From: Botryllus schlosseri
Taxonomy: Eukaryota
Assembly (NCBI GenBank): GCA_051294905.1
Contig: CM119372.1
Location: forward strand, 18,664,001 to 18,728,000
Length of the DNA: 64,000 bases
Direction: 5' to 3'
Shown here: piece after piece, positions 24,168-47,713 of the stretch
How the letters are laid out: each line of letters begins with the position of its first letter
How positions within the stretch are numbered: position 1 is the first letter of the stretch
Translations under genes and position numbers: made by a program
Notes under the pieces: generated by a model
What the model saw: the letters and a program-made list of their open reading frames with translations, nothing else
The model's database searches: none
What the model was told of the DNA's origin: nothing

Positions 24168-25672
24168 CAGTGGTGCCACTCCTAGTGTTTTACACTAGTT
24201 GACTAGATCTAGTGTATTTCGACTGAACCTCGTGTTCTTGTGCAAATTTCTGCAAATCTAGTGTTTTTTCATGAAAAATACATTTAAATTAAGATGTTAT
24301 TTTGATGTGCTTTATATAATATTTACCTCAAGGAATATTAATTATATTCCGTCTACACTTGTTCGTTTAGCACAAAAACAACCCCATACGTAAATTGCCT
24401 TGGTGTCGCTCATTTTTATCACTGACAGAGTGAAGATCCTAGGCTGAGACCGGTTTTTAAGTCCCAAAAGGGAACCGATGACAGAAGCGAATATTATAAC
24501 TTGCCCAAATTGCCTGGGCCAAGTCATGAATGATTGCGTATTCTGTGTAGCCCTGGGATTATATACTCATTTATACCCTGGTGTTGTCGAGGATGTAAAT
24601 GTCTGGGGTTACAATATTTGAATTGAAAAATGGTGTGATGTTATAACGCTTGAAGTGGCACTGCACTCTGAAAATGATGAGGTCTCAAATGGAGGAGCAA
24701 AACTGGAAAAGAATTTGGCCGCAGCCGTTTTCTTCAGAACGCCACCGTAATGGAGCTGCAATTTTTGAAATTTCGATAGCAACTTCACGCTCCAGCAGTC
24801 ACGCAGAGATCGAACTTTACATAGTTGTCAGCCGATGTTATGAAGGAAATATGTCGTACACGCCTTATGTCCTAAAGAAATGGAATACGCTAGGCCCGAT
24901 TTGACATAAATATCCTGACTGAACATCTTCCGGTAAACGCGGTATCTAAACCACCTTGGCGTGTACGACATATTTCCTTCATAACATCAGCTGACAACTA
25001 TGTAAAGTTCGATCTCTGCGTGACTGCTGGAGCGTGAAGTTGCTGTGGAAATTTCAATAAATTGCAGCTCCATTACGGTGGCGTTCTGAAGAAAACGGCT
25101 GCGGCCAAATATTTTTTTCGTTTTACCCTTCAATTTGAGACCACATCAGTTTTAGAGTGCAGTGCCCCGTTAAGTCTAATTTTGGATGTACATTGTTGCT
25201 TGTCTATAGTGATTTGGTTTTTAATTTATTAAAATACCCCTGTGTAGCTTTATTTGATCATTGTGGAAAAGGTTGAAAACCACTCATTGATATGTGAGTG
25301 TATGACGCTCCACCAATCTTTATATCCCTCAGTCGGATTCGTTCGAATATAATGGATATTATTTATATTCGCAATAACCTGTTTTAGTTAAGTGCCGAAA
25401 AAAATTGGATTTGCTATGGGGAAATGAATGCTTATCAATATTGTCTGATGTGAAAAAGGTTGCAAAAAACGTGATGAATTTGTCATTTGTTAATCTTCTC
25501 GTAACTTCATTGGTGTTAGGTGTTAATCAATGCATCGCCCTCATAGTTTCATTATTTATGCAATAGACTTGCCCTAAATTTCAAGTGTTATTTTTTGTCG
25601 ATCTAGTGTTTTTCAGTTGGCAAATCTAGTGTTTTTTACTAACCTCGAATTAAATAAATTTTGGTCATCTGT
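24168..25672. mobile_element. Degenerate hAT-like MITE with CTAGTG(TT) subterminal arrays
   Basis: Left end CAGTGGTGCCAC; CTAGTG repeats at 24180-24265 and 25600-25635. The right end and TSD are degenerate. Confidence 0.5.
24654..25169. mobile_element. Foldback MITE, Kolobok-like (~210-bp inverted arms)
   Basis: Arms 24654-24864 and 24958-25169 are near-perfect reverse complements. Termini AGTGGCACTGCACTC / GAGTGCAGTGCCCCG are flanked by TTGA and TTAA. A TTAA TSD with purine-purine termini fits Kolobok. Confidence 0.75.
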
Positions 25673-25769
25673 ATCGCAAATACAGATAGAAATTAATTTG
25701 AAATCAATTCACCAAAAGCGTGGATTAAAGACAATTTATCAGATTGTTTTCATGTTAAACTGTTTATGG

Positions 25770-26069
25770 CAGGGGTTCTCAAACTGGGGGGCGTGAAAGT
25801 ATCTGAAGGTGGGCGCAAAGCTGCAGTTAACTGAAAGTTTTTTTCGTGCTCTGCGCGATTTACCACCGATTCGTGGTTATTGCTCTGTGTATAGTCCGAA
25901 ATGTATATTTGTGAATTCTCTCATCAACAGTCCTAACCTCCCCTGCCATCAAACTGTCCGTTGGGATTGCTCGCATTCTTGTTGCATTTTGTGATATGAC
26001 GATAACGGGGGTGCAAAATTTTTCACTGTTATAAAAGGGGACGTGTCGAAAAAAATTTGAGAACCACTG
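25770..26069. mobile_element. Short Buster-type hAT MITE
   Basis: TIRs CAGGGGTTCTCAAA / TTTGAGAACCACTG; TSD GTTTATGG/GTTTATAC (6/8). Reverse homologue of 51836-52148. Confidence 0.85.
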
Positions 26070-26311
26070 GTTTATACCAATAACCAACGTAATAACTGTG
26101 AATGTAATTTCCTATCGTTCTGTGCACATGCACAATTGCACAATGCACATATATCCTTAATCATATAGGCAACCAATATTTGACAGTTCAAATTCAAAAT
26201 TGTGTTTTTAATTATATATTTATTACTCACAACAGTTCTTAGGTTAATACTGTGACTTAATTAAGCTAGGCCTAGATTATCCCTGTCTATTCAAAGAGAC
26301 TTCATCAAATC

Positions 26312-36637
<10,326 letters not shown>

Positions 36638-37221
36638 AATGCACTGACAGGGGATGAAATGCTGACATCTGAATAATTACATTTGAATCATTAGCACATA
36701 TTTATTTCTGCCATTGAATTTCAATCTAGTGAATGTACTGTAGGTTATTGAGCAATACTGCTGCTATGGTCTTGTGATGAGAACTGTTGTCTGTGAAATG
36801 GGATTTTCTTGTAGTATTTATAATGAAGCACAATCAGTTAGCCTATTGTAATCATTTTCAATGTAATTTGTGAGAAATAGCAATTTTGGGGGAGTTACTA
36901 TTGTAACTAGGTTACGAGACTGTAAATAGTTGTATTTGCATGAACCTAAAGATACTATAATCGTAAGCAGATATAATAAAGTCGTGATGCGCGGACTGTT
37001 TGTGTTGTTTTCAGTTGAGTAGAGGTGTTGTTTTTAAGCAGATATTACTATTTACTACATCTGTTCGAAATTGCGAGAATTTCGTTTGCTCATCAGCATT
37101 TGACATAGGCCCTACACTACATTTTCGAAAAATAATACTTGCTCGCAAGTGATTCTGATTACTGCCGAATAAGGAGGTCACGAAAACGCCGATATGCGAA
37201 TCCGTTGCGAAATAGCTATAT

Positions 37222-37576
37222 CAGTGGTTCCCAACGTGGGCGATATCGCCCCCCAGGGGGCGATTTGGCGGTCTAGGGGGGCGAAAATGGCGAAGGGGGC
37301 GAAAATGGACAAAGGGGGCGATGACGCGTTAAAACGGCTATGTTGGAGACAAGTCTGAGAGATGACCTTTTTTTTTTTTTAGTCATCCCACGAAAATTCA
37401 GTTGCAAAAGTGTAAAAATCGACATGGAACGGAAAACTTGAACTTTTTTTTTTTTAGTCAACCCGCCGGTGATTACTGTTTGTATACCGGTTTTTCGGTT
37501 CATAAAATTTGGGGGGCGATGATCGGCGTTGAGCTTGAAAAGGGGGCGATGAGTCGAAAAAGGTTGGGAACCACTG
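37222..37576. mobile_element. Buster-type hAT MITE with GGGGCGA arrays
   Basis: TIRs CAGTGGTTCCCAAC / GTTGGGAACCACTG; perfect TSD AGCTATAT (37214-37221, 37577-37584). Confidence 0.92.
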
Positions 37577-39966
37577 AGCTATATTATCTTTCCAAGTACA
37601 GATTAATGTTGGAGTTCGGTTTCGGTACGAAAGCATCGGTGATTTTGAGGTTTCCAATTGCAGGCTTATAGGCTCAAAATTGTCGCCTTTCTAACAACAA
37701 AAAGCTGTTGAAGTTTTATGCCATCTTTTCGGTCTATATTGTTCTTATTTGAGCTTCGCAGTGTGCTTGTAGTATGAGAAAAAATCTCTGTAGGCCCAAA
37801 CCTTCTCCAAATTTAAATCTCGTCTGTGCTGACCAATTCTACAGCAGTGGGTGCGAATTCGTCCGTTTACATATATATATGATTTTATCGGTTTGAAGTT
37901 TCCCAAGATTCCGTTTGCAAATAAGAAACCACTCGTCGAGGTGTCATATTCAGTGATCGGCAACTTCTCAAGTAGTTACATTTTACGCTACTTCAACAGG
38001 CTTCGGAGCAAAACTAGGCCTATACTTTTCGCATTTGAGATTTTGTGAACTCGTATGTATAATATAAGAACAGTTCGCATGTACCTTTACGGGTGAAATT
38101 AAGATGAAATCTGGGCGATACACCCAAGCATAGGCGCTGAACTCAGGTATGCTAGGTATGCCACGCATACCTAGGAATTTTTTTGGGTATGCGGCATACC
38201 CAGAATTCGGTTAGGTCTGTAACTCACTGGCTGGTGAATTGATCAATTTAAAAATAAGCAATGTATTTCGTAGTGCTGCTGAACACGTAGGCAAATCAGC
38301 AGCACTATATTAAAGCCCGTAGCAAAACCCCGTCCTTTTGAAACGGCCATTCCGACGCTAATACTCACTTGCAATTCAATTAGTCCTATTTTATCAGTGT
38401 TGCGCGCGGCCAACTCCAATTAGCGAGAATCGTTTGTGCACAATGTAACGCAACGCGGTCTCCCGCCGAGATGATTGAGAAATTACGTCATTAATTGCCG
38501 AGCGCTCTGCAATCGTCACCGGCCTGATTAATCGCGTGTCTACCAAGCCAAGTTCCGCTGGCTTGAAGAATCGCATCTGCAATAGGTCCGGTGCGCACTA
38601 TACCATCGCTGGTCTGCGCACGATACCATCGTTGGCCTACACAATTGCGTCTGCAATAGGCCTGGTACGAAATATGTCATTGCTAACCTAACTATCGCGT
38701 CTCGGGCCGAGCATGATTTGGATCCTATCGCTCGATTGTGTCAGAGAGAGAGAGAAAGAGAGTCTTTATCTTCATCCAACCAAAATACATAACACATGGC
38801 AGAGAGAGAGAGAGTCTTTATTTTCATCGAACCAAAATACATAACAAACGGCAGTGATGGTGGTACAGAAAATATGCGTGCACAGTATTCGGTATTAGAT
38901 AGGAATGATCGATAAGACCGTGAAGGTCATCTAGTCTGATCACACCAGCGTCAAACAGGTACACTTGACTCGAAACAGTCTGGCTGTGGTGGTGCTACAG
39001 AAAATATGCATGCACACTGCACCAGACATGGGGTGATTACTTCATGAATGTAATCGATTGCGATTACGATTACGATTACAGCAAAGTTAGGAAGTAGTCG
39101 ATTACGATTACATTGGAAAAGTAATCACGATTACTCACGATTACATTTATTTTGCTTATTCTTAGAACTAATCTTAGGAGATATATTGGAAGACAATATA
39201 AGGCCTATTGATTTACCAACATTCTTTATAAATGATGCGTCAGTTGCTTGTTACGTCATAATGTAGCCATTTCCCAACAATATAGGATTTATCACACCCA
39301 ACGATTTGCATTCTTGCCAGCTAGGTCCGTAACTTCCGCACCCAAAAATCACCAATAGGGTGGGGAGCGAGCTCTAAGTGGAATCAAAAATACTTCGTAA
39401 ATCAACATAAATTATAGAGTATTTTCGAAAGATTTAATTAACTTGAATTTTTTTTCGAGCTTCGCGATTTAAATGTTTCTAGATAGCTTACTTTTGAGAT
39501 TCATACCTCTCCCCCTCAAGAAAAAAACATGCATAATTTATGGTAATAGGTATTTGGGTGCTGGTCATTACCGCGTCACGACACACCAAAAGACATATGC
39601 AGTTTGGGCCAAGATGCGACTAAAGAAAGACTTTTCCGAAACTTAGTGTATTTGTCAGTTGTCAATATCCGCGCTGGGTGGGCGTGACTAATAGTGCTGT
39701 CTTTCCAATCTGAGCACACAATGCAAATGCCAACCGAGGGCACTCACAGACGAATAAAGGCATGACAATTTGTGTGAACGTCTCACGAAGTTTTTTTGGT
39801 CTGCTATACGTTTGGGCGACTGCAACATCTTTTTATTACTTAAGGGATCGGAGGTCACAATTTAACAACATACCAGATGGTAATGATTATGAATTACGTC
39901 CCCCGGATCTACAAGTAAATCTGACCATCGGGGACTGGAGAGGATCAAAAATGATTAATAAGATGA

Positions 39967-40414
39967 TAAGGGTTGCATTTAAAACAAACGGTGTTTTAAA
40001 ACACTTTCTTTAAAACATGTTTTAAGCAGTGTTATAAACCAAGGCCTTTAAAAAACAAAATTGTGTTTTTTTTAGTTGTGAAATTATGCCATATTGTGTA
40101 AATCCTTTCCAAAAAACATGTTGTATGGGCCTACGGACAATCACCTTCCGATATAGCTAACGTATATCGATATGGGATGGTTGAAACCCTCAAAATAGTC
40201 GGTTCAACAGCAATAGTAGCCTACATATATTTCGTCAAATGAGCTATATTTACCCCATAGTTTCAATTGTCAATGTCAATCCACTATGACATCAACATTG
40301 AATGTTCGTGACGTCATGGCTTAAAGGAAAACAACTAAAACATGTTTTAATAAACAATGCCCTTGTTTTAAACATGATTGTTTTTAATTGATTTTCGTTT
40401 TAACTACAACCCTA
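39967..40414. mobile_element. Degenerate (T)AGGGTTG MITE with AAAAC/GTTTT arrays
   Basis: Ends AGGGTTGCA / TACAACCCTA with AAAACA motifs at both ends; no convincing TSD. Confidence 0.55.
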
Positions 40415-42663
40415 AATATAATGCAATTACCAATATTATTGACGAAATTCAGTCTTGAAGTTGAAAATTGACCACCCTAGGAGGCCCAAGACTCAATTGC
40501 TGTTTTGGTCTGATTTTAGCTACATAAAACCCACGTGCACATGGTGTATAAGCGGATGGCTATGGCGGCAGGTCCGAATATTGAGTAAAGAATTGAGAAA
40601 TATCGATTGGCGCCCGTTTCAAGTAGAGTCATATGAGAATAAGATAAAGGAAACATAATATTCTACCTTCAACTCAATACAGATATTGCCAGTTACCGTT
40701 ACGAGAAACGGCAAAGACCGTCTCGGTTATAATATATATCAGCAGCTGTTGATCTTTAATTAGTCGTTGTGGAAACCGTGATTATTTGACGAGTACAAAA
40801 TTTCAAATCTTTGTATGGTGTACGTTGTACGTACGTACGGTACATGCTACATAGGCCTGCTGTTCGCCAAGCAGCAACGGTCAAACTACGTATAACTAAG
40901 AATAACCATTAACCAAACATCAATACATAAGTTACTTTATTTAACACTAGGCAGAGTGGGGATCATTATCCTGCTGCGAGGTAGTGGCGTCTGAAGTGCA
41001 TTGATAATCCGATATTCACAGCGGTGTGTGTTATTACAATCACACTACAATGTACAATGTAGGCCTACATTGAATACATATTTACTATGTGTGCGGGGCC
41101 TACGATAACTTACGGCCTTATATTGCGCATTCCACTCGCAACATCGGGGAGGCCGACGTTCGCAAAACAGACATCAGCGATTGCTTACGATTTCGTTTCT
41201 CGCAACCAGATCCCTCCCTTAGGATAAGTCTAGCAAAGCCTTATAACAGACGGAATTAGTACTTTCCCAAAGTTACAATTGACAGCGTCCAAGATACAGT
41301 TATCCAGTATATCCCCTATCCACTAATCACACAAATAGACTGTATAGCGGTAAGGAATAAACTTGCTAATGAGAAGAATTTTAATGCATGGTAAAATCAA
41401 TTACAGCATGTAAAGAATAAATTGAAGTCATTTTCATAAGTAACTACTCGCGAATACAAACACCAAGCTAATTGTTACAAAGATTCGACCTCAAATTCAG
41501 CGAATCAAATGCACCAATGAAGTAGGCAAGCTACGACTTGTTCAACTGCCGCTTTTTAAAGCCCTTCATAACATCAGTATTATCTTTTCAGAGTTGGTAA
41601 CTTCTGTTAAACCGACCAGAAACCGCCCCCCACTCATTTGCCTGCACTGCGAGAACGTTCTTTCAATGGGGTCACTTTGGCATTTTCTTGGAACCACATA
41701 TTCATACCCCTCTGCTAACAAATCTGCCATAAGAAGCGATTGCGACTGCATGGTTCCGATCAGAGCTTTGAGTGTTTGCTTGGACAGGCAATAATTTTGA
41801 GGGTTGTATCCGTTCCACTTGATCAGCCAATTAGCGAAATCTTGTAGGAAATTGATTTTACCATCATGTGAAACTACTGCATCAGACAATGGATTGGGTG
41901 AATATCGGTGACAGCTATTGACAATCGTCCACCAAGCATTAATCAGGCTCAAGAATGAAGCCATATCTTCCCTGTGAGGCAGGTAGCTTTTGCAAGCTGC
42001 AATAGTCGACTCGTGGAATGGAGCGTGAGCTAAATTTACATGTTGCTTGTTATTGCCCGGATGCAAAGAGGCATACGTCAATTTCGGCGCCTTCCGCAAA
42101 TTCGCATCCAGCTTATCGTCACATTCTCTGATCTTGTGAAGGTCGCTCCATGCAATGAATCCACCTGGAGATGATATCATTGAAGAATTTATGCAGAAGG
42201 AGAATGGTGGGAAAACAAATTTCTTGGCTCGGAGCAAATTGTTTCGTATGTTCTTTACAAGATGTACATTATCAAAAAATAGATAGGCCTACGTTTTGTT
42301 CTTGCAGGATGTGTAACGAAAAGAGAACTCATCATTGCTAGGGCACTTTTCTCGCATTATTTCAAATGCTTTCACATTGGATGGATGATTATCTGATACA
42401 AGTCCTCGAACGTAAAATCCATTCTCATTGATAGTGCATGGCAATACAATCCAGTAATTCTTCTGCCAACCATCTTCCCGTAATTTCGGTTTCTGGCAGT
42501 GCCTTCACCAGGATGGATGTTGATTTTTGAAGACCATGGACCATCATTACAACAATGCCTTTATATAAGTGACCGCTTTCATCTGCTCCATGATATTTAC
42601 CACCGTGATATTGAACACCTTTCTGTAAGTACATCTCATCTACCATCAACACTATGTCAGTGG

Positions 42664-44685
42664 CAGTGGCGGCTCGTCCTATAGGGCAACTGGGGCATTG
42701 CCCCACCTAAAATTTTGTTCAATAACAGTTCTTTACCATTTATAGACGAACAGCAATCTATATATACCAAAATCACAGCAAAAATCGTATTCTTCTTGTC
42801 CTTTCGCTTGTAAATGCCCATATACAGCGAAGTCTCTGCGAAAATCGAATTCTCTTCCGTGTTTTCGCTTTGCGAATGCCTAGCCGGGGCATGCCCCGGT
42901 AGCGCTCATAACAAGCTTTCACTGTCTATTCTCTTAAAACCGCGCACAATAAAGAAACAGTGATTTACTCTCTCCTATTCATAAAATTACCGAGCAACCG
43001 GGGCAACATAGCCTAGTCGCCCTTAAGGTGTGACGTAACAATCGTATCTATATCTGAACTCGGTTACCGTCATATGCGTTTAGTCGACCTTTGCTGGTAT
43101 AGGTCGATTTTGATGGTGTTTCACACCATGATAATTCTTGAAACTTGGTTTGTCATGTCGTGATGGTGGTATTCAACACTGTCCCAAGTTTCAGGGTTTC
43201 TACTTAAAGTTTAGGGTAGTAATTCCGTTTCCAAAGTTGAGTGTGTGCTGATCCGTCATGTATCGCAAACAGATTTTACTCAAAAGCCGGTATTGGTATC
43301 CATTGATTTTGACGATGTTCCATACCGAGATCGGTCATGACATTTGGTACGGTAAGTCTTAATGTTAGTATCGAACGCTGTACCAAGTTTCAAGTTTTTC
43401 ACTGTACTGTGTTAGTGGTAATTTCATTTCCTAAGTCGAGTGAGAGCTGACTCGTCATTTATCGCAAACATATTTTACGCAAAGCCGGTATTGGTCTCCA
43501 CTGATTTTAACGATGCTCCTTACCTAGATCCGTCATGAGCTTTTGCATGGTATGTCTTGATTTTAGTATCGAAAGCTGTGCCAAGTCTCAAGGTTGGCAC
43601 TCAATGATTAGGGCAGCAATTTCGTTATCAAGGTCGAGTATGGTAGAGATGTGCGCTGATCTGACACTTAGCCTACCTAACGCATTGCGGATTTCACGCA
43701 AAAGCCGGTGTATCTGTGTTAACGCTAACTGTGTTCCATACTGAGGTAGGTGATAAGATGATGATATCATGAAACAGTTTACTAACATCCTCGGTTTGCA
43801 TTCAAATATTTACTTTTATTTTATATTCTCCAATGTCAATTTCACCGTGAAATTGTGGCCTTCAGGCCATTTGCTTACAATTACAACCCCTGTCAAGCGC
43901 GATAGCTGTTTCGTTTTCGATGGCGGCTAACAGCTGCTCGCTTGATCAGCCTATTCCTCAGTAAATTTTACGCAAAATTCGGTGTTGGTCTGTTCGTATT
44001 AATTTTGACAGTGAACCATACCGAAAACGGTCATGAGGCTACTTCTCGGTGATTTCATGTAACAGTGTACCAAGTTTTCGACTTTCATCCATGTATTTAT
44101 TCGGTAATTTATTTTCCAAAGGCGATTTTGCAGCAGACATATAGACACTAGACCGTAAGCCGTATGTGTCGTGTGACAGTCTCCAGCCTCAAGGCCAAAA
44201 TCTCCTATGCTGTACCGGGACCGAATTTCCGAGGCTGCTATCCGTAGTTTTTCAGAATTATGTTTTGGACTCAATATGACATGTCCATGTCCAATCTATG
44301 AGATAACAATTGCGTATATGTCCGAACTCGCTGACCTTTCCAGTTAGGCTTATCAATCTCTCGAGTTATAGTCATTTCCATTTCTGCAGATAATTAGTCA
44401 GGTATAGTGCGAACATGAACCGTGTCGAATCTTTGTTCCGTACGCCGTTTACGCAGTTAACACACTTCAAGTCACAGCTCACCGGCAGACCTCTCGCGGC
44501 ACATTCGTTAAAATCACTGTTGTCGAGAAGTTCGTGTTACCGTAGTCCGTACCACTATAGAGACAGTCTCTATAGTACCACCAAGTTACTTGTTTACGTT
44601 GGAAAACACCATTGTGACGTCATCTTGATAAAAAGTCGCTTGCAGCCCTTGCCCCACCACCCGATATTGTCACGAGCCGCCACTG
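42664..44685. mobile_element. CAGTGGCGGCTCGT non-autonomous hAT-like element inserted in the P transposase
   Basis: TIRs CAGTGGCGGCTCGT / ACGAGCCGCCACTG; perfect TSD GTCAGTGG (42656-42663, 44686-44693). Confidence 0.92.
43090..44120. repeat. Degenerate ~200-bp tandem repeat (about 4-5 units)
   Basis: Recurring blocks AAAGCCGGTATTGGT..ATTTT.ACGATG, GTCATGA and CCAAGTTTCA; anchors at ~43290 and ~43489 (period ~199), with further copies near 43100, 43700 and 43985. Confidence 0.75.
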
Positions 44686-46472
44686 GTCAGTGGAGATCTC
44701 GCCATTTTCTTTCATAACTCCAAGGACCTTAACCGAGTCAACGCTTCCTTTGCTGTACCGACTCAAGGTTGACATTGATGGGAAGGGAAAGCTTCTTGTA
44801 AGAATTCTATAAGCTTGTGCAGATGTGTACCGGAGTAGGAGCGCGAAACGAATCATTTCGGATGAATACGGAATATGAGCGTGACCATCAGGCTTGTAAT
44901 ATATTAGATTTTGAAGCTCATCCAGTATATTGTCGGATTTTTTTCGGACATTTTCGTGATATTTCGGGAAGTTAAGTAATGCACCAAACTTAGTCAGAGT
45001 AGCATTTGTGCCTTGTGTGAACCAAGGAGGCAGAGGAACATTCTTTCCATCACACTGCAATTTTACATGCAACTTATCGTCAATCTTTATGCTTTTTGAG
45101 AATTTTGGGAAATCATTGAATTCCATGTGGTAGTAAATCACATATTCATTATCTCTTTTGTACGTGGTATAGCCTTCTGGAGCGCGGGACTCCGTCAAAT
45201 CTGATAAGCTGCTTATTTTATCATCCAGCTGGAAATCTGTCAACTCATCTTTCTGAAATACCCTTTGCTTCGGTGGTTTTCTGCAAGGAGTCACAGTCGG
45301 GATCAGTGAAGGCCGCTGCAGCTCCTGCTCGGATCTAATGTCTTTGATGTACTTCGATTCAAAGTGTAGAACACAAATTACAGAATTCGTGGTCGGCTCC
45401 CAGTCGCGCCTATTCACAAAAGATATCCATTTTTTTCGTAACTCCAAATCATAAAATGGAAAGCGAAATGACGAAACCTTTTTCCCAGTTGTCAAATATC
45501 CAGACTTGCAGCCATAAACACAGCATTTGTTTACCATTATTATGCCTTAAGTTAATCCTGAATTCCAAGTATACAGACAGTCGAAATTCGCTGTCAGGAA
45601 GGCCGCATGAAATATCACCATGAATTCTTGGCTGCTAATGATCGGCGAGAATCATACGGCAATATACTGCGTTATTTACCAACTGAATAAGTTGGCCTAC
45701 CTCATACTTATAAGCTGGTCTAAACAGAAGCTAAACATAATTCAGTCACCACACAGTTGTGACTGTAGTATTAGCTAATCACGGCATGATTCCATAATCC
45801 ATAATAACTCAAACGCAGCTACTAGCCCAAATTCTTTGCCTCAAAATTTAAGACGTCTGCTATACAGAGAAGCGCTATCGCAAATACACAACCAGATAGT
45901 TGAGTAATGAGTTTGATGGCTTGAAAATGGGAGTCATCGTAAGCAATCGCCGATGTCTGTTTTGCGAACGTCGGCCTCCCCGATGTTGCAAGTGGAATGC
46001 GCAATATAAGGCCGTAAGTTATCGTAGGCCCCGATGTGTGGATACTTCTTACGCAGTGACGCGAGCAAAGCTAATACTTCTGACGTAATAATGAGGAGTA
46101 GCGTTTGAAAATCAGACGTTTGTGCTATCACTAACCTCGTATAATATCTGTTCCGTGTTAAAGAATGTTCAGTTTATGTCATAGTCCTTGTACAAATAAA
46201 AAGTAATCGTTCTTTCACAAAGAAATCGATTAGATATGGGAAGTAGTCGATTACGATTACGATTACTTCGGATTTTTTTCGAATGTAATCGATTGCGATT
46301 ACGATTACTTCAAAATGCTGTAATCGCCGTAATCGATTACGATTACTAATCGTGATTACCCCATGTCTGCACTGCACAGTATTCGGTATATTAGATAGGA
46401 ATGATCGATAAGACCGTGAAGGTCATCTAGTCTGATCACACCAGCATCAAACAGGTACACTTGACTCTAAAC

Positions 46473-47713
46473 CAGGGGTGTCAAACATACGGCCCGCGGT
46501 CCGTATCCGGCCCGCCAGACCATTTCATCCGGCCCGCGGAGTAATTCTGAGTAGATTGAAACATGCTTATATTTTCCAGCACATTTTAACAAATAATGAT
46601 ATTTTTTGTTGCAAATACTCCCATTGAATAATCTTCCAAGACAGCAAATGTCGAGCATGTCCAATGGCCGATGACCGATTCTTTGTTTATTTATTATAGT
46701 TGTGCTCACCGTAAATACTATTTTATTCAAATCCGAAATTTTTCGACGGCAATAACTCCGCTTCCACTGGTTGGAATTGAACCAAATTTGGTGAGCATCG
46801 TTTCTATAGACAGCCTAACACTTTCATGGGGTGAACAGAAAATTTTCAAATTTTTTATTATTTATTTTTGTATAATAAATAGAAATTTTCTTCTCCTGTA
46901 GCAAAGCGGTTACTGCTGGCTGGAATTGAACTAAATTTTGTGTGTAGGCTTAAATTAGGTAACCTAACAATTTTATCAAGTAGCCAGTACGATTTGAGAA
47001 AAAAAGTCATTTTTGAAGAGCCCTAATGTCCATGGACCACATTATTACCACCTAACTGCAGTGTTGTGGGTTCACTCTAGTTACCGTCATAAACAAGTCG
47101 GTAACATTGTAACCCAATTTCGATAAGGCAATTAGTCCACACTAAGATCAGAGATTTATGGAAAATTTGACCGAAAACACAGTTATTCACAGAAGCAACA
47201 ACGTCAATGCGAAACCGCTATATGCAGTTTACATGTAGAATTTTAATTACACAAAAATATAATTCAAAGATCCGTGGTTGCGATGGGATGTCACTTCCAA
47301 TTCAAAAGGTGCCCAACATCCAGACAATCACGATTTAAGATTTATAATAATAAAAATAATTAAATTCTAACTTCCGCGTATACAGTTCAATCTCTTGTAT
47401 TCTTACGCACCACGCCAGTTTATTTCTTCGTTAGCGCCAGTGTTTAGCGGTTCATATCCGTATTCAACTGGCCAAGGATGGTATTTTTTCCAATTCCATA
47501 TTCCGCGGATATAGTTGTCGCTACTTGCTAGTATAAAACCTTATGGTCACTGATACAATGTAATATACTAATACCTGCATACACTTGGTAATAAAGTATT
47601 CAAGTGGAAAAGGCGCATGAGGTAACATTTTCAAATTAGTTGACTGGTGCGGCCCGCGAGCGATGTGAAGGTTTGAGTCCGGCCCGCGGCACAATTTGAG
47701 TTTGACACCCCTG
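46473..47713. mobile_element. Buster-type hAT MITE with GGCCCG arrays
   Basis: TIRs CAGGGGTGTCAAAC / GTTTGACACCCCTG; TSD CTCTAAAC/CTCTGAAC. Confidence 0.9.

Larger units (their letters stand above)
41566..45537 (-). pseudogene. THAP9/P-element transposase, disrupted
   Basis: THAP domain (MVNKCCVYGC...FRFP...RKKW......R..W.P...SVIC..HF) and YSSEMIRFALLLRYTSAQAY..L...FPFPS.STL. After removing 42664-44685, the frame continues STD|IVLMVDEMYLQ. A frameshift (~42435) leads into VRGLVSDNHPSN, a stop precedes YLFFDNVHLVKNIRNN, and the catalytic QSDPIERTFSQCRQMSGG follows. Confidence 0.9.
41094..46033 (-). mobile_element. P-superfamily (THAP9/Galileo-like) DNA transposon, ~2.9 kb without its nested insert
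   Basis: 98-bp TIRs (41094-41191 and 45936-46033, two mismatches) starting CGGGGCCTAC; 7-bp TSD ATGTGTG (41087-41093, 46034-46040); THAP-domain transposase remnants inside. Confidence 0.93.
39023..46369. mobile_element. hAT-like MITE with GATTAC/GTAATC arrays, inflated by nested insertions
   Basis: TIRs CAGACATGGGGT / ACCCCATGTCTG; perfect TSD CACTGCAC (39015-39022, 46370-46377). Confidence 0.92.
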
